Shown here: positions 54,150 through 64,000 of the stretch, piece after piece
Layout: each line of letters opens with the position of its first letter
How positions within the stretch are numbered: the first letter of the stretch is position 1
Translations under genes and position numbers: made by a program
The notes under the pieces: model-generated
Databases searched by the model: none
What the model was told of the DNA's origin: nothing
What the model saw: the letters and a program-made list of their open reading frames with translations, nothing else
Origin: the human T2T-CHM13v2.0 reference genome, Homo sapiens
Direction: 5' to 3' (one strand)
DNA: 64,000 nucleotides
NCBI RefSeq assembly: GCF_009914755.1
Contig: NC_060947.1

Positions 54150-57100
54150 CTGTATGGTAGGGAGCATGGACAGTCCGTGAATACCTTCACTATTAAGCCA
54201 TTGTTGAATGGCTTTTGTGATGCAAGATGCACCATTTCCAACTGCAAATGGTCCAGGAAAATAAAAACATGACACATGGTTTCTTCAGGGGCCATAATGT
54301 TGCGTCAGTGCTGGATCATTGGATTGGAACAGCAGCACTATTAATCTGAAAAATGGTCAACAGTGGTAAGGCACAACCAATAACCCATAGAGGAGATAAA
54401 AAATTCATTGTCATCAAGGTGCCAAGTACAGTGGTGTCAGGAGCAAAACTTTATGCAATGTGGCCACTCTCACTGGCAGATAAGATTTGGAAGGCCAGAA
54501 TTCTGGCATGCAATGGTAGCCTCCACAACAGAAACAGTCCTGTACTTTGATTCTGTTTATGAAGGTGGATGTGTTTCTAAACCCAGTAGAATTATGGATT
54601 CAGTTAGAAATTGAAGCAACTTTAGTGGTTCATGCTCATTCTGGAGCTTGATTTCAGTGTCACCAGATAATGGTCTCTTATGTGGTCATCATCTACATGA
54701 GTAAATCAGATACATTAAGCAGGAGCAGCAGAAGTAGCAACAATTTGTTTCTTTAGTTGCAGGCCCAAAGACAGGTGTCTTTAGTCTGCAATTTTGTAGT
54801 TTTCCAAGTGGCAACTCAAACAAGTAGGTCATTGTCAATTTCCTATGAGTCAGTAAAAGTATAACAAACTTCATCTAGGGGAGTATAACCCAGATTTATG
54901 AAAATGGCTTTGCCTTCTGGCCACTGAGGAGAGCATCCATATCTTTCAGTTTTGCATAGCTAGCAGTAAGATTGAACATATGCAGCAGCCCAGTGGACAC
55001 CAGCAGGTTTCAGCTTATCGAAACTGTCAGTGAACCAGGCCCACACATTTAGTTGAACCTCTGTGAGACAAGGGCCTCATTTAACCAGCTGCTTTACTTC
55101 AGGTGGAGAGTAGGGAATAGAGTTTCCTTGAAAGGGGTAATAGCCACTTTTTCAGGTAAAGCCTATATGCCACTGGGGTGAGGCCAAGTAAGTTTTTTAA
55201 TGTGCAATTTACCTTTCACAGGCAAGGCCTGCTGAGCTCTTCTCACCATTGTAGGTATTAAGTTGAAATTGATCAACCCCAAACAGGAATGTCAGGCTGG
55301 AGAGGTGCAAGGCTGACCTCCATGGTTCAGGTGTTCAGTTCTGAAATGAGCCCAGTAGCAAAATGTATTAGTCAGTTCTCACGCTGCTATGAAGAAATAC
55401 CCAAGTCTGGGTAATTTATAAAGAAAAGAGGTTTAATTGACTCAGTTCCACATGGCTGGGAAAGCCTCAGGAAACTTACAATACTGGTGGAAGGGGAAGG
55501 GGAAGAAAGGTACCTTCTTCACAGGGTGGCAGGAAGAAGAAGTGCAAGCAGGGGAAATGCCAGATGCTGATAAAACCATCAGATCTCATGAGACTCACTC
55601 ATTATCACAATAACAGCACGGGGGGAACCACCCCCAGGATTCAGTTACCTCCACCTGGTCCCGCCCTTGACACATGGGGATTACGGGGATTACAATTCAA
55701 GGTGAGATTCGGGTGGGGACACAAAGCCAAAACATATCACAGATAATAGCTGCTTTTCAAAAGTGGTGTTTCTGGTAGTCTTGTGAGGAAGAAGAGGAGT
55801 CCAAAACCCCAAGACATATCTCCAGGTGAAGATTGCTTCCCTTTTCCAGAGACAGCAATTGGAAAATCATCAGTTACAGATACTTATATAGCTCAAAAGT
55901 ATCATTAAAATTGTAGGGCTCCAAAGGTAGAGAACATGACACAACTTACTGGACTGTTTCCATGGCAGAACTTCGTTTCAGGCTTTACTCAAAAGATGCT
56001 GATTTGTGGGTTAGCTAATATAAAGGACCAAGCAGAATGTCCAAGCAATCACAAAGCATTTCCAATATCCAAAGAATCTAGTTAGGTGCTGAAACTCCTT
56101 TTTGGTGGTGGGGGTGCTGAAGAGACAGTTTTTCTTTGCCTGAGGTTTTATTGTGAATTTGCCTACATACTTCCAGGAAACATTACTGGCAAGCAAGAGA
56201 CATTACTGGCAAACAACATTACTCCTGAATTTTGCTGGTGATTTTCAATATTAATCCTGATTTTTTTTTTGGAGACTTTCAGTCATTCTTCCTAGAGGAT
56301 GTGTGATAATACCACAGCTAGGTAGGGCTATTGAGACTGAGGCTTCTGACTGCCAACCATCAGGATGTCATGTATAGTGAAACTTTTGGAAATCTGAATG
56401 AAGAAGAACTTCCACCAAATTCTAACCTATCCAATTTTGGCAAATGGCACTGGAGTTTAGGTAACACTGGCGGAGTACAACAAACATGTATTAGAGGCCT
56501 TGTCACATGGATGTGAACAGCTCTTAATCCTCAGATGCTAGTATGGGAAAGAAAGTGTTGTCAATGTTTAAAACAGTGTACCATGTTCTATTAGTCTGTG
56601 TAGTAGATTCAGATAGAGTCAAGATGTCTGCAACAGCTGGGGCCACTGGAGAAACAACTGAATTTATTTGAAAATATTCCACTATCAGCCTTCAGCTCCG
56701 GTTAGATTTTGCACTGGGCATACAAGGCTGTTCTGTAAAGATCCTGGATCTCTTACTACCGCCTCCTATAGGTATTAATATTTACTCAGGGCACAGATTT
56801 TCTTTTTTCTTCCTAGAATTCTATACTTTGTGTTGGATCAACCAGGGAGCGATAGGAAACCTGGTGACAGATAAATTTATGTGTCCCACTCGTACTTATC
56901 TGTGTATGGTGAAATTTCATCTGCCACTTATGAAACAGGGAAATACAAGCATCAGTTCCCAGTGATATTCAGATGTGAAGGTAGCAGCATCAGTACGCAG
57001 AATTGGCCTAAAAAGTTTTGTTCACAAGGTCATATTGGCTTCTTTCTTTCTCCTGCTGTAAACCTGGCCAAACCCTGTTACCTAATTTCGGATGCTTTCT

Positions 57101-57750
57101 CCTTCCAGGAGTTCAGTAGAAGAGTTTACTTGGGCATCCATATCTAACAGAGCTATAAAAGCTTGATTCTTTCCCTCATGAAAATTCTCCAACCTACTAA
57201 GATGGATGCATATGGAATTTGATCTCCATTAAGCACAGAGATCACTTGCCCCATTTCTAATGATTTTTCTCCTTATAGCAGCTGTGCCTGACAAAGTAGT
57301 GACAGAGCTGCACCGTACCATTAGCAAGGCTTAGCATTTACTTTCGATTCTGTGTGGTATAATGGCTGCCTGTGTCTCATAACATTAAACTTCCAATGTT
57401 TTTGGCTGACTCAATTCTCAATATCAGGCAACAAAGTCCTACATAATAGCTAGGGGAGTTATCCAGAGGGGCAAACAACAATTTATCAATGAGTCTCTGG
57501 GTTGGTTTCTCATTCTCTAGAGATCACTTCATCAGTATTCTATACCCAATCCAGGCACTGAGTACAGAGACCAACTTGTCATGTATGGTTTTCACTGGGA
57601 ATTTGTTTCTCTTAAGAAAATCTTCAAAAGAAGACCAGAAAATGTGGTGTTGTACTGGACTCATATTTATCTTCCACTGCACAGCATTATCAAATAGGAA
57701 AACATGCAGGGTATACCTGAAAACAGCCAGACCCAACTAATTTTCACCAT
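54150..57750 (-). mobile_element. Very old ERVL-class internal (gag-pol) fossil, copy 2
   Basis: Minus ORF 56011..56196 contains PTTKKEFQHLTRFFGYW, resembling the ERVL RT-connection motif PTTKKEAQxLxGxFGxW. There is weak integrase-like sequence at about 54200-54500. Boundaries are approximate. Confidence 0.55.
55364..55739 (-). mobile_element. THE1D/MSTA-type MaLR solo LTR
   Basis: tgtattagtcagttctcacgctgct...cagatctcatgagactcactc...gggtggggacaca...catatca. Confidence 0.9.
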
Positions 57751-57759
57751 GTCTACTAC

Positions 57760-58510
57760 CATCAGGGTACTGAAACCCACCATTATCTGTAATCTACATA
57801 ATTGGAATAGCCTACTAATTATTCTCCCTTTATTCATCATATACTAATAAAAACTATTCTGCAAGTTGTCAGAGTGATCCTGTAAAACTAAGACAAATCT
57901 TGTATGCCCTCCACTATAAATACATGGATGGCTCTGCATCACACTCAATGTAAAAGCCAAATTGCATTTTGAAACCTACAGGGCTATAAGCTGTCTGCCT
58001 CTCTCCCTCATCCCCATTACATCTCTGAAACCACCTCCTGCTTTTCTCTGCCTTGTTCACTCAGCTCCAGACATGATAACATCCTCCTTGCTCCTCAAAC
58101 ATGCCAGGCCTAAACCTGTCTTGGGGCCTCAGCACGTGCTGTCCCTCCATCTGGAATGCTCCTTCCCCAGACAGCTACAGGGTCAGTTCTCCCATTGCCT
58201 TCAGGTGAGACTCAAAAGCCAAGTTCTCAGTGAGGCCTTCCCTGGATACCTTGTCTATCTAGTTTCAGCTTCCCTCCTGAAATTTTCTATCCCAATTCCT
58301 TGCTTTATGTTTTTCTATTTAACACTAGACACTATGAAAATACATTATAATTGCTTACTTATTTTGGCTACTGTCTGTCCCCCACACTAAAATGAAACCT
58401 CCATGAGGATAAGAATTTTAGTTTGCTTTTTTGTTCATTATTACATTATCAGTATCTGTGCCTAGAAGAGTGCCTGGCAGAGAGCCCACCTGAAGTAAGT
58501 ATTTGTGGGG
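57760..58510 (+). mobile_element. L2 with 3' terminus, copy 2
   Basis: Body as in copy 1, plus the L2 3' end gtgcctagaagagtgcctggca...aagtatttgt. Confidence 0.75.
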
Positions 58511-60434
58511 TAAAGATAAAACAAGTAAATTAAAAAGCAAATGGGATCAAAGCAAGTCAAAGGGGCAGTTTTTCCAGGGTGTGGCCCCAGTTACAAGTGC
58601 AAACGCTTCCAGGGAATGACTGTGCATTTTATTAGAGTAAAGCAGGCCAGCTGGGGGTGTGGCCAACTGGAGAGGGTATTCGGAGTCTAAACTGGACTGA
58701 GACCTACCTAAGGCCCAGCTGCATGTATCCTTTTTGGAATGAGGGCCCTGATCCTCACATTTTTGTTGTTGTTGTCATTCTGTTTCAATTTCAGGAGATG
58801 CCAGAGACATAAATTTTCATCGTGTGAAATCTCTCAAATGTCTAAAGTACCTAATTAAAAATAGAAAACAATAAAAACACAAAGATGAAAATAACCTGGC
58901 AGCTGTCTGAGACTGGTTCCTGGGCACCTTGCTGGATTTTGTTGGACGAAATTGTGTGATGTACACAAGAAAATTAATCCTTGCTACGGTGAGGTAGGCT
59001 TGCCTTGTGTAATTCTTGAGGCAGTCAGCCTCAGGCCATGTTGGGTGGAGAGAATAAACTCTATTTACCACCTTCTTTCAACTCCTGGCAGCTCCTTGCA
59101 TCTCCCACTATGCATGGAGTTAGGGTAACCTGGGCAGCAGGGAGTCACCAGCACTCTTTCTTGGGGTCAGAGGTATAATTTAGTGAACGGTGTGGTTGCA
59201 GAAAGCAGTGAGAGGGTTTTCAGATGGGCTACAGGAGAAAGACTTGGGAAAGGCAAGGAGGGGAGGAAGAGAAAGACACAGATCTATCTTTGCATCAGAC
59301 ACCATAGTTCTGAGGGACTTTTTGTGGGTTGCTGCTCCCTCTCCCCACCAGCCTTGACCCTTTTTTGTGACATTATACAGCTGAATGAGTTAGTTATACC
59401 AAGTCACAACTCCCAGCCCAACTGCCCCATGGCATCTGCCTCACCTGGAAACAAAGAGCTGACCAGAATTCCATCACAGGTCTCTGTGAGCTGGGGTAGG
59501 CAAGACTGGCCAACAGGTGCCTGTGAGGGGTCTGCAGACACCAGCTTTGTGGGGAAGGTCTAACCAGAATGTGGATTCTTGGGACAGCAGGCCTCTTTTA
59601 GTGGATTATTTGTCGGAACCACCTGTGGTTTCAGGCAGCTGCTGAAAGAAGTGTGGACAGTCAGGAACTCCCCATAACCTGGAGAGAAACACTAGGCTCA
59701 ATCTTCTGATGCCCCTCGTCTCTAGATAGAAAACAAACATTCCAGCAGAAGGAACCGGTGTGATGAGACTGCTGTACCTGAGTTCAGTAAGGTTCCATTT
59801 TTTTCTGGGTAAAGTACTTTCCAAATGCAAGATGGCACATCTCTTAAGTTCTGACCCACTAACCCATCCTCTACCAATATTGTTTATCTAGCGCAGGACA
59901 AATGTGAGGAGGCAGCCCGCAGCCCAGCACATGTGGGGAACCGTGTTAGTGTGTTCAGGCTGAGGGTTGGGGTTCTGCTGGGTAGGAGCGTCCTGAACTC
60001 CCTGAAACAGGAAAAGCCTTACGGGTATAAACTTTCCTCCTGATTAACCTTACTGAGTCATCCTTGTCAGAATGCCCTTCTAGGGAACCTCCAATGTATC
60101 TGGCATCTTTGACAGATGCCACTTCCTTTGTGCATAGAGCCAGGAAGAGCAATGTGGACACTACCAGAAGTCCAACATTTTCCTGGGCCTTCCGATCTCT
60201 CATGGGCCCCACACCCCACAACTCTTTTCCTGTATTCCCAATCCCTCTGTCAGTCTTTCTTCTTTGAACTCCTTCTTCCTCAGTGGCCCTCTTCTTCTAA
60301 CCTCTCTAACACTCTAACCCACATAGCCTCTTCCATTGAGTATCCTTTATCCTCTCCACAGACCCTGTCAGGTTGATCCTTCTCCTCTTTACTCTGGACC
60401 TCTTCTAAGGTTCTTTGTGTTCCTCTCTACTCAA

Positions 60435-60440
60435 TTTATT
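60435..60440 (-). terminator. Candidate polyadenylation signal AATAAA for the SPIN2 transcript
   Basis: tttatt on the plus strand about 290 nt downstream of the stop codon. The homologous site in the pseudogene reads CATAAA. Confidence 0.45.
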
Positions 60441-60725
60441 CTGTGTATTTTCCTCTAAGCCACAAGCTCTCTGACAGCTGTTCCTTCTTTTCATGCCCCA
60501 TTCACCAAACACACCCGATCTTTTCAACAAGACAAAGGGCTTACACACAGCATGTCATGTACACACAAGTTTGTATTTTTTAGAGCAAAACAACAGTTAA
60601 TGCTGGCAAAGATGTTTAGTTATCAGGGATTCCATAAGCTTTCAATACACTGAAAGGCAACATTTTTTGCATGTCTACAAATTATACATTTGTTTCCACA
60701 CATGTGCCAAATTTTACCCTAACAG

Positions 60726-61502
60726 TTAGGACTTTTTCACCAAATCGTAGACATAGATATGGAAATCATCATCAAACTTGATGAAATACACAGAGGGTTT
60801 GGCTTCCACTTGGTGAATGACCATGCCGATCCTTTTGGAGCCATCTTCTTTGGTATATTCCACATGCTTACCTATTAGGCCATCTACAACTCCTCCTGGC
60901 TCCCTCTCTGTTGGAGGAGACTCACTGGATTCTGGCATGATGCGGAGGTCACCTTCCTTATAATCATCTAGAAGCTGGTACATGTACAAGACAGGATCTT
61001 TCTCATAGGTAATATAAAACCAGGCTTTCATGATAGGTGCTTGAGCTAAGACCATCCCCCTCCATTCATCCTTAGAACCATGCTCTCCCTCAAACATATG
61101 TTCCACTGCTTTGCCAATTATGGTATTTGCAAGGTTGGCATCACTAATGTGAGATGATGCCACCCTGTCAGAAAGAATTTTAAGAGACAAAACCCTTTCA
61201 TCTCTGTGAAGTTCCAGTCCATAGACACAGTCAATTCCATCATATTTCACCAGATAAAGAGAGGGATTTATAGGCACCTGATCCAGAACGGTTCCTTTCC
61301 ACTGCGTGATGGGCTCATCTCCTTCCTTCCATCCATGAGAAATTCTGCAGCCCACGATGTTCCTGCGGGGCTGGGATGAAGGTCGGCCTCTCTGCTTCTT
61401 TTGGGAGACTTTTTTCTTTGTCATGTTTGCAGACCCAGTGGCCCGTCCTGCAGCTGCCCTGGTTTGTTGCCCTTCGGCTTCCTGTGCGTTGGGGGTCTTC
61501 AT
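60726..61502 (-). CDS. SPIN2B: Spindlin family member 2 (three Spin/Ssty Tudor-like domains, methyl-histone reader), 258 aa, single coding exon
   Basis: The ORF-track entry 60726..61550 starts at a GTG inside the intron. The true ATG is at 61502 ([13 protein letters not shown]...[12 protein letters not shown] at 60728-60726). Aromatic-cage residues are intact (W58, W68; F137, W147, Y166, Y173, equal to SPIN1 numbering minus 4). SPIN2A and SPIN2B are nearly identical; SPIN2B is chosen from recalled gene order (pseudogene about 50 kb away on the 3' side) and A234. Confidence 0.9.
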   Translation of the reverse strand: MKTPNAQEAEGQQTRAAAGRATGSANMTKKKVSQKKQRGRPSSQPRRNIVGCRISHGWKEGDEPITQWKGTVLDQVPINPSLYLVKYDGIDCVYGLELHRDERVLSLKILSDRVASSHISDANLANTIIGKAVEHMFEGEHGSKDEWRGMVLAQAPIMKAWFYITYEKDPVLYMYQLLDDYKEGDLRIMPESSESPPTEREPGGVVDGLIGKHVEYTKEDGSKRIGMVIHQVEAKPSVYFIKFDDDFHIYVYDLVKKS

Positions 61503-61540
61503 GCCTGCTGGGGGAGGAGAGAGGATAGAGAGACACACCC
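61503..61540 (-). promoter_or_regulatory. 3' splice acceptor (polypyrimidine tract plus tandem CAGCAG) immediately before the SPIN2 ATG
   Basis: Minus strand reads gtgtgtctctctatcctctctcctcccccCAGCAG|GCATG. The AGs correspond to plus-strand CT at 61508-61509 and 61505-61506. Confidence 0.85.
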
Positions 61541-61899
61541 AGTGTGCCACAAGGCAAACTTTTCCCTATAGCCATGTCTGGATGTAGTCTGCGCTAGTGC
61601 CTAAGTTTCCCCTAGGAGCCTGGAAGCAATGCTGGAAATCCTGGCTGCATGCCCGCAGTGCTCTCCCTCTTAAGTTCCTTTGGGCTGTGGGGAAGGGCTG
61701 GGGTGGTGCAGTAGAGCTGTCTGGGGTTAGGAACTCTGCAGAAGTGGCTGGGCCACCTCCTCCTAGCTCAGAGCCCACTGCCCTCCCGGAACCCCTTGCT
61801 ACCACTGGCGTCCACTTCCAATCCCCTTGCAAAGAGGCCTTGACCGGCACCCACTGCCCTCCTTCCCTGAGCGTCCCAGCTGCTGTCCACAACACCCCC

Positions 61900-62760
61900 T
61901 GCCTACCCTAACCACTTCTCTGGTACCCACCGCCCTTGCTTCCCGGCGCTCACCTTCAAATCCTTGTCTGGCTCCCGTTCCTACCCCCTTTTCATGTTGC
62001 TCACCGCACTCCCCCACCCCACCCTTGCCTGGCGCCCAACTCCACCCCATGTCTCCTGCTGGATTCCTTCCCATCCCCCTCTCCATTCTGGCGCCCACTA
62101 ATGGCCTTGCCCTGCCTGGCGTCCACCGCCGGGGATCGCGGGCCTCACGTGCCCAAATCGGACACCTCGCTGCTGCCTCCGCTACGAGCCTGTGGCGAAG
62201 GAGGGTCAGCAGGCGACCGGCCGAGTGAATGCTTGCAAGAGCGGGGAGGGTAGGATCCGTAGATGAGGAGCGTGTCTAGGAGGGCGGCGAGACAGGCAAA
62301 GAGGAAGGCAGCGGCGTCCCCACCGCTTGGCTCGCTAGCCCTCCGCCTCCCTGCTGGCGGTGGCGGCCCCTCAGCCACATCGGTATTCCACCAGTCCCTG
62401 CTGTCGCCGCGGCAGTCTCCTCCCTCTTTCCGTAGCGCAGCTTCCTGCCCAGAGAGAGGCCTCCTCTTCCTGTCAAACACCCGGCTCTCCTCTCCACCAG
62501 GCTCCCACGCCCACCACACAGCCTGTAGCCCCGGCGGAGCTATGGGCTCTGACTCCGCCTCTTTCCAAATCCGGAGTAGTTCGTGCCACAGTCGTCCTCG
62601 GAACCCTGTGGCCCCTTCCTCACCCGTTTCAGGGCCACTTGGTTCCCACCTCCACCTTCTTAGTCTGCCTGCCCTGCTTTCCATCTTCTTGGAATTCGCC
62701 TTGCTGCCGCCCCGCGCCCACCCCCGCGCCCACCCCTGCCCCTGCACCGTCCCATGCCCT
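61900..62760 (-). promoter_or_regulatory. CpG-island promoter and non-coding first exon(s) of the SPIN2 gene
   Basis: GC- and CpG-rich block in an AT-rich background. Contains a tandem 12-mer GC box (ccccgcgcccac x2, 62710-62733), an E-box CACGTG (62146-62151), an ETS-like CTTCCTG (about 62442), and several minus-strand GTGAG donors (exon ends 61954, 62005, 62149, 62624). Confidence 0.8.
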
Positions 62761-63856
62761 TATGGATTTATTCTTTACACGTAAATATGTCTTTCCTCTT
62801 TTTGAAAGGATTTGGAGTTGGAACAGAGAAATTCACTATGGTAAGTCTGCCATTTTGACCCAGTCTCTACCTAATTTTTGCTGACTGATATTTCCTGGCA
62901 TTTTTGTTTTTGTTTTCGAGGGATTTTTTTTTCCTTTTCTTTATTGCAAGATAATTGCATGTACAACGTGAACACTATCTACATTTTAGGAAATTAATAT
63001 TAAGAGGAAAATCATCAACTGCAGTCCCATCTCCCATTTTTGAGGGCCTCACAGCAAAATATTAATGCTCATAGTTTTTTTTCCTTTTTCCTAAACTTTT
63101 GCAAAACTGGGATTTGTTTTTTATCTGCAATTCATGTCTATTAATTTTTCCAGGAAATTAGATGTTTTCTAATCGATTTTTTCATTCAACAAATATTTAT
63201 TGAGCACCTGTTACATATCTTGCACTTGGTCCGTAAAACTCAATTTTAAAGTGATTTATAATTTGGCTTTTCTCCCAGTACTGGGCATTTGACATAATAT
63301 TTCCACAATAACCAGTAATCAGATCTATGTATCAGAATAGAAAGCTTTGCAAAAAAATAACTTTATAAGAAATAATTAAAGTTATAGTTTTATAAATCAG
63401 TGGAGAAACGTTGGGTATTCTTTAAGGAATGTTGAAATAATTATTTAAATATTTTGAGAAAGGTTGTATACTAATGTTGTACCAGTATCAATATTTGATT
63501 TATTAAAAGGTAAAAAGCAGCAAAATAAAATTGAACAGAAAGCAAATGAACCAACCAAAAACTCTGTAAACAAAACAATGCTTAATGGTATCTTTCTTAT
63601 TCAGATACTTATGGTATTTGAATGAGGGGATGAGTCGGATGTTAACAGAACAACTACACTTAATAAAATAACATCTACAAGGAAAAATAGAAGTAATAAT
63701 AATCTCGATTCAACAGTCAAAGTATGAAAGAACATTAAAATATTACTTAATGTCATTGATCATGAAAAAGCTTCATATCTAGTGCTGATGCAAGTGAAAG
63801 TTTATACAATTTTTATGGAAAGCAATTTGCAGATATGTCATAGTTTCAGTGAGGGC

Positions 63857-64000
63857 TTTTTATTTTATTTTCATTTTTATTTTTTTAAATTATATTTTAA
63901 GTTCTAGGGTACATGTGCACAATGTGCAGGTTAGTTACATGTGTATACGTGTGCCATGTTGGTGTGCTGCACCCATTAACTCCTCATTTACATTAGGTAT
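63857..64000 (-). mobile_element. L1PA 3' end; element continues beyond the window
   Basis: T-rich tail followed by ttaagttctagggtacatgtgcacaatgtgcaggttagttac. Confidence 0.9.

Larger units (their letters stand above)
55900..63070. repeat. Ancient direct duplication, copy 2 (functional SPIN2 unit)
   Basis: See copy 1. Identity is very roughly 70-80% by eye outside the CDS. Confidence 0.85.

Noticed and set aside
61503-61550. 16-aa N-terminal extension ([16 protein letters not shown]) of the 274-aa ORF
   Set aside because: It starts at GTG and runs through the polypyrimidine tract and acceptor, so it is intronic. The real start is 61502.
61566-62884. Several 100-200-aa ORFs on both strands over the SPIN2 promoter, and similar ones at 10762-11963
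   Set aside because: Expected in GC-rich, stop-poor CpG islands. They are low-complexity (P/S/A/R-rich) and not conserved in frame between the paralogous islands.

Overview
Primate (very probably human) X-chromosome genomic DNA from the spindlin (SPIN2) cluster. There is one intact protein-coding gene: a minus-strand, single-coding-exon, 258-aa triple-Tudor spindlin-2 (CDS 60726..61502, most likely SPIN2B) with a CpG-island promoter at about 61.9-62.8 kb. About 51 kb away is a disabled, non-processed paralogue (9771..10545, minus). Both lie in an ancient direct duplication (about 3.4-12.2 kb vs about 55.9-63.1 kb) that also carries a shared ERVL-like pol fossil, a shared L2, 3' flank and promoter. 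The interval between them (about 15-54 kb) is almost entirely transposable elements. It contains stacked L1s, including a near-full-length L1PB that hosts a 5'-inverted young L1PA2/3, a full-length L1PA7-like element and a 6.4-kb two-LTR HERV-K(HML-6/LTR3) provirus, each with its own target-site duplication. The most interesting leads are: (1) the pseudogene looks like the dead orthologue of rodent Spin2c rather than a recent SPIN2B copy; (2) a signal-peptide-like small ORF just downstream of the SPIN2 gene; (3) an intact, Kozak-perfect L1 ORF0 with a consensus splice donor; (4) templated-insertion rearrangement scars between L1s. I found no convincingly new multi-gene system. All subfamily calls and percent identities are by eye or from memory and need RepeatMasker/BLAST confirmation.
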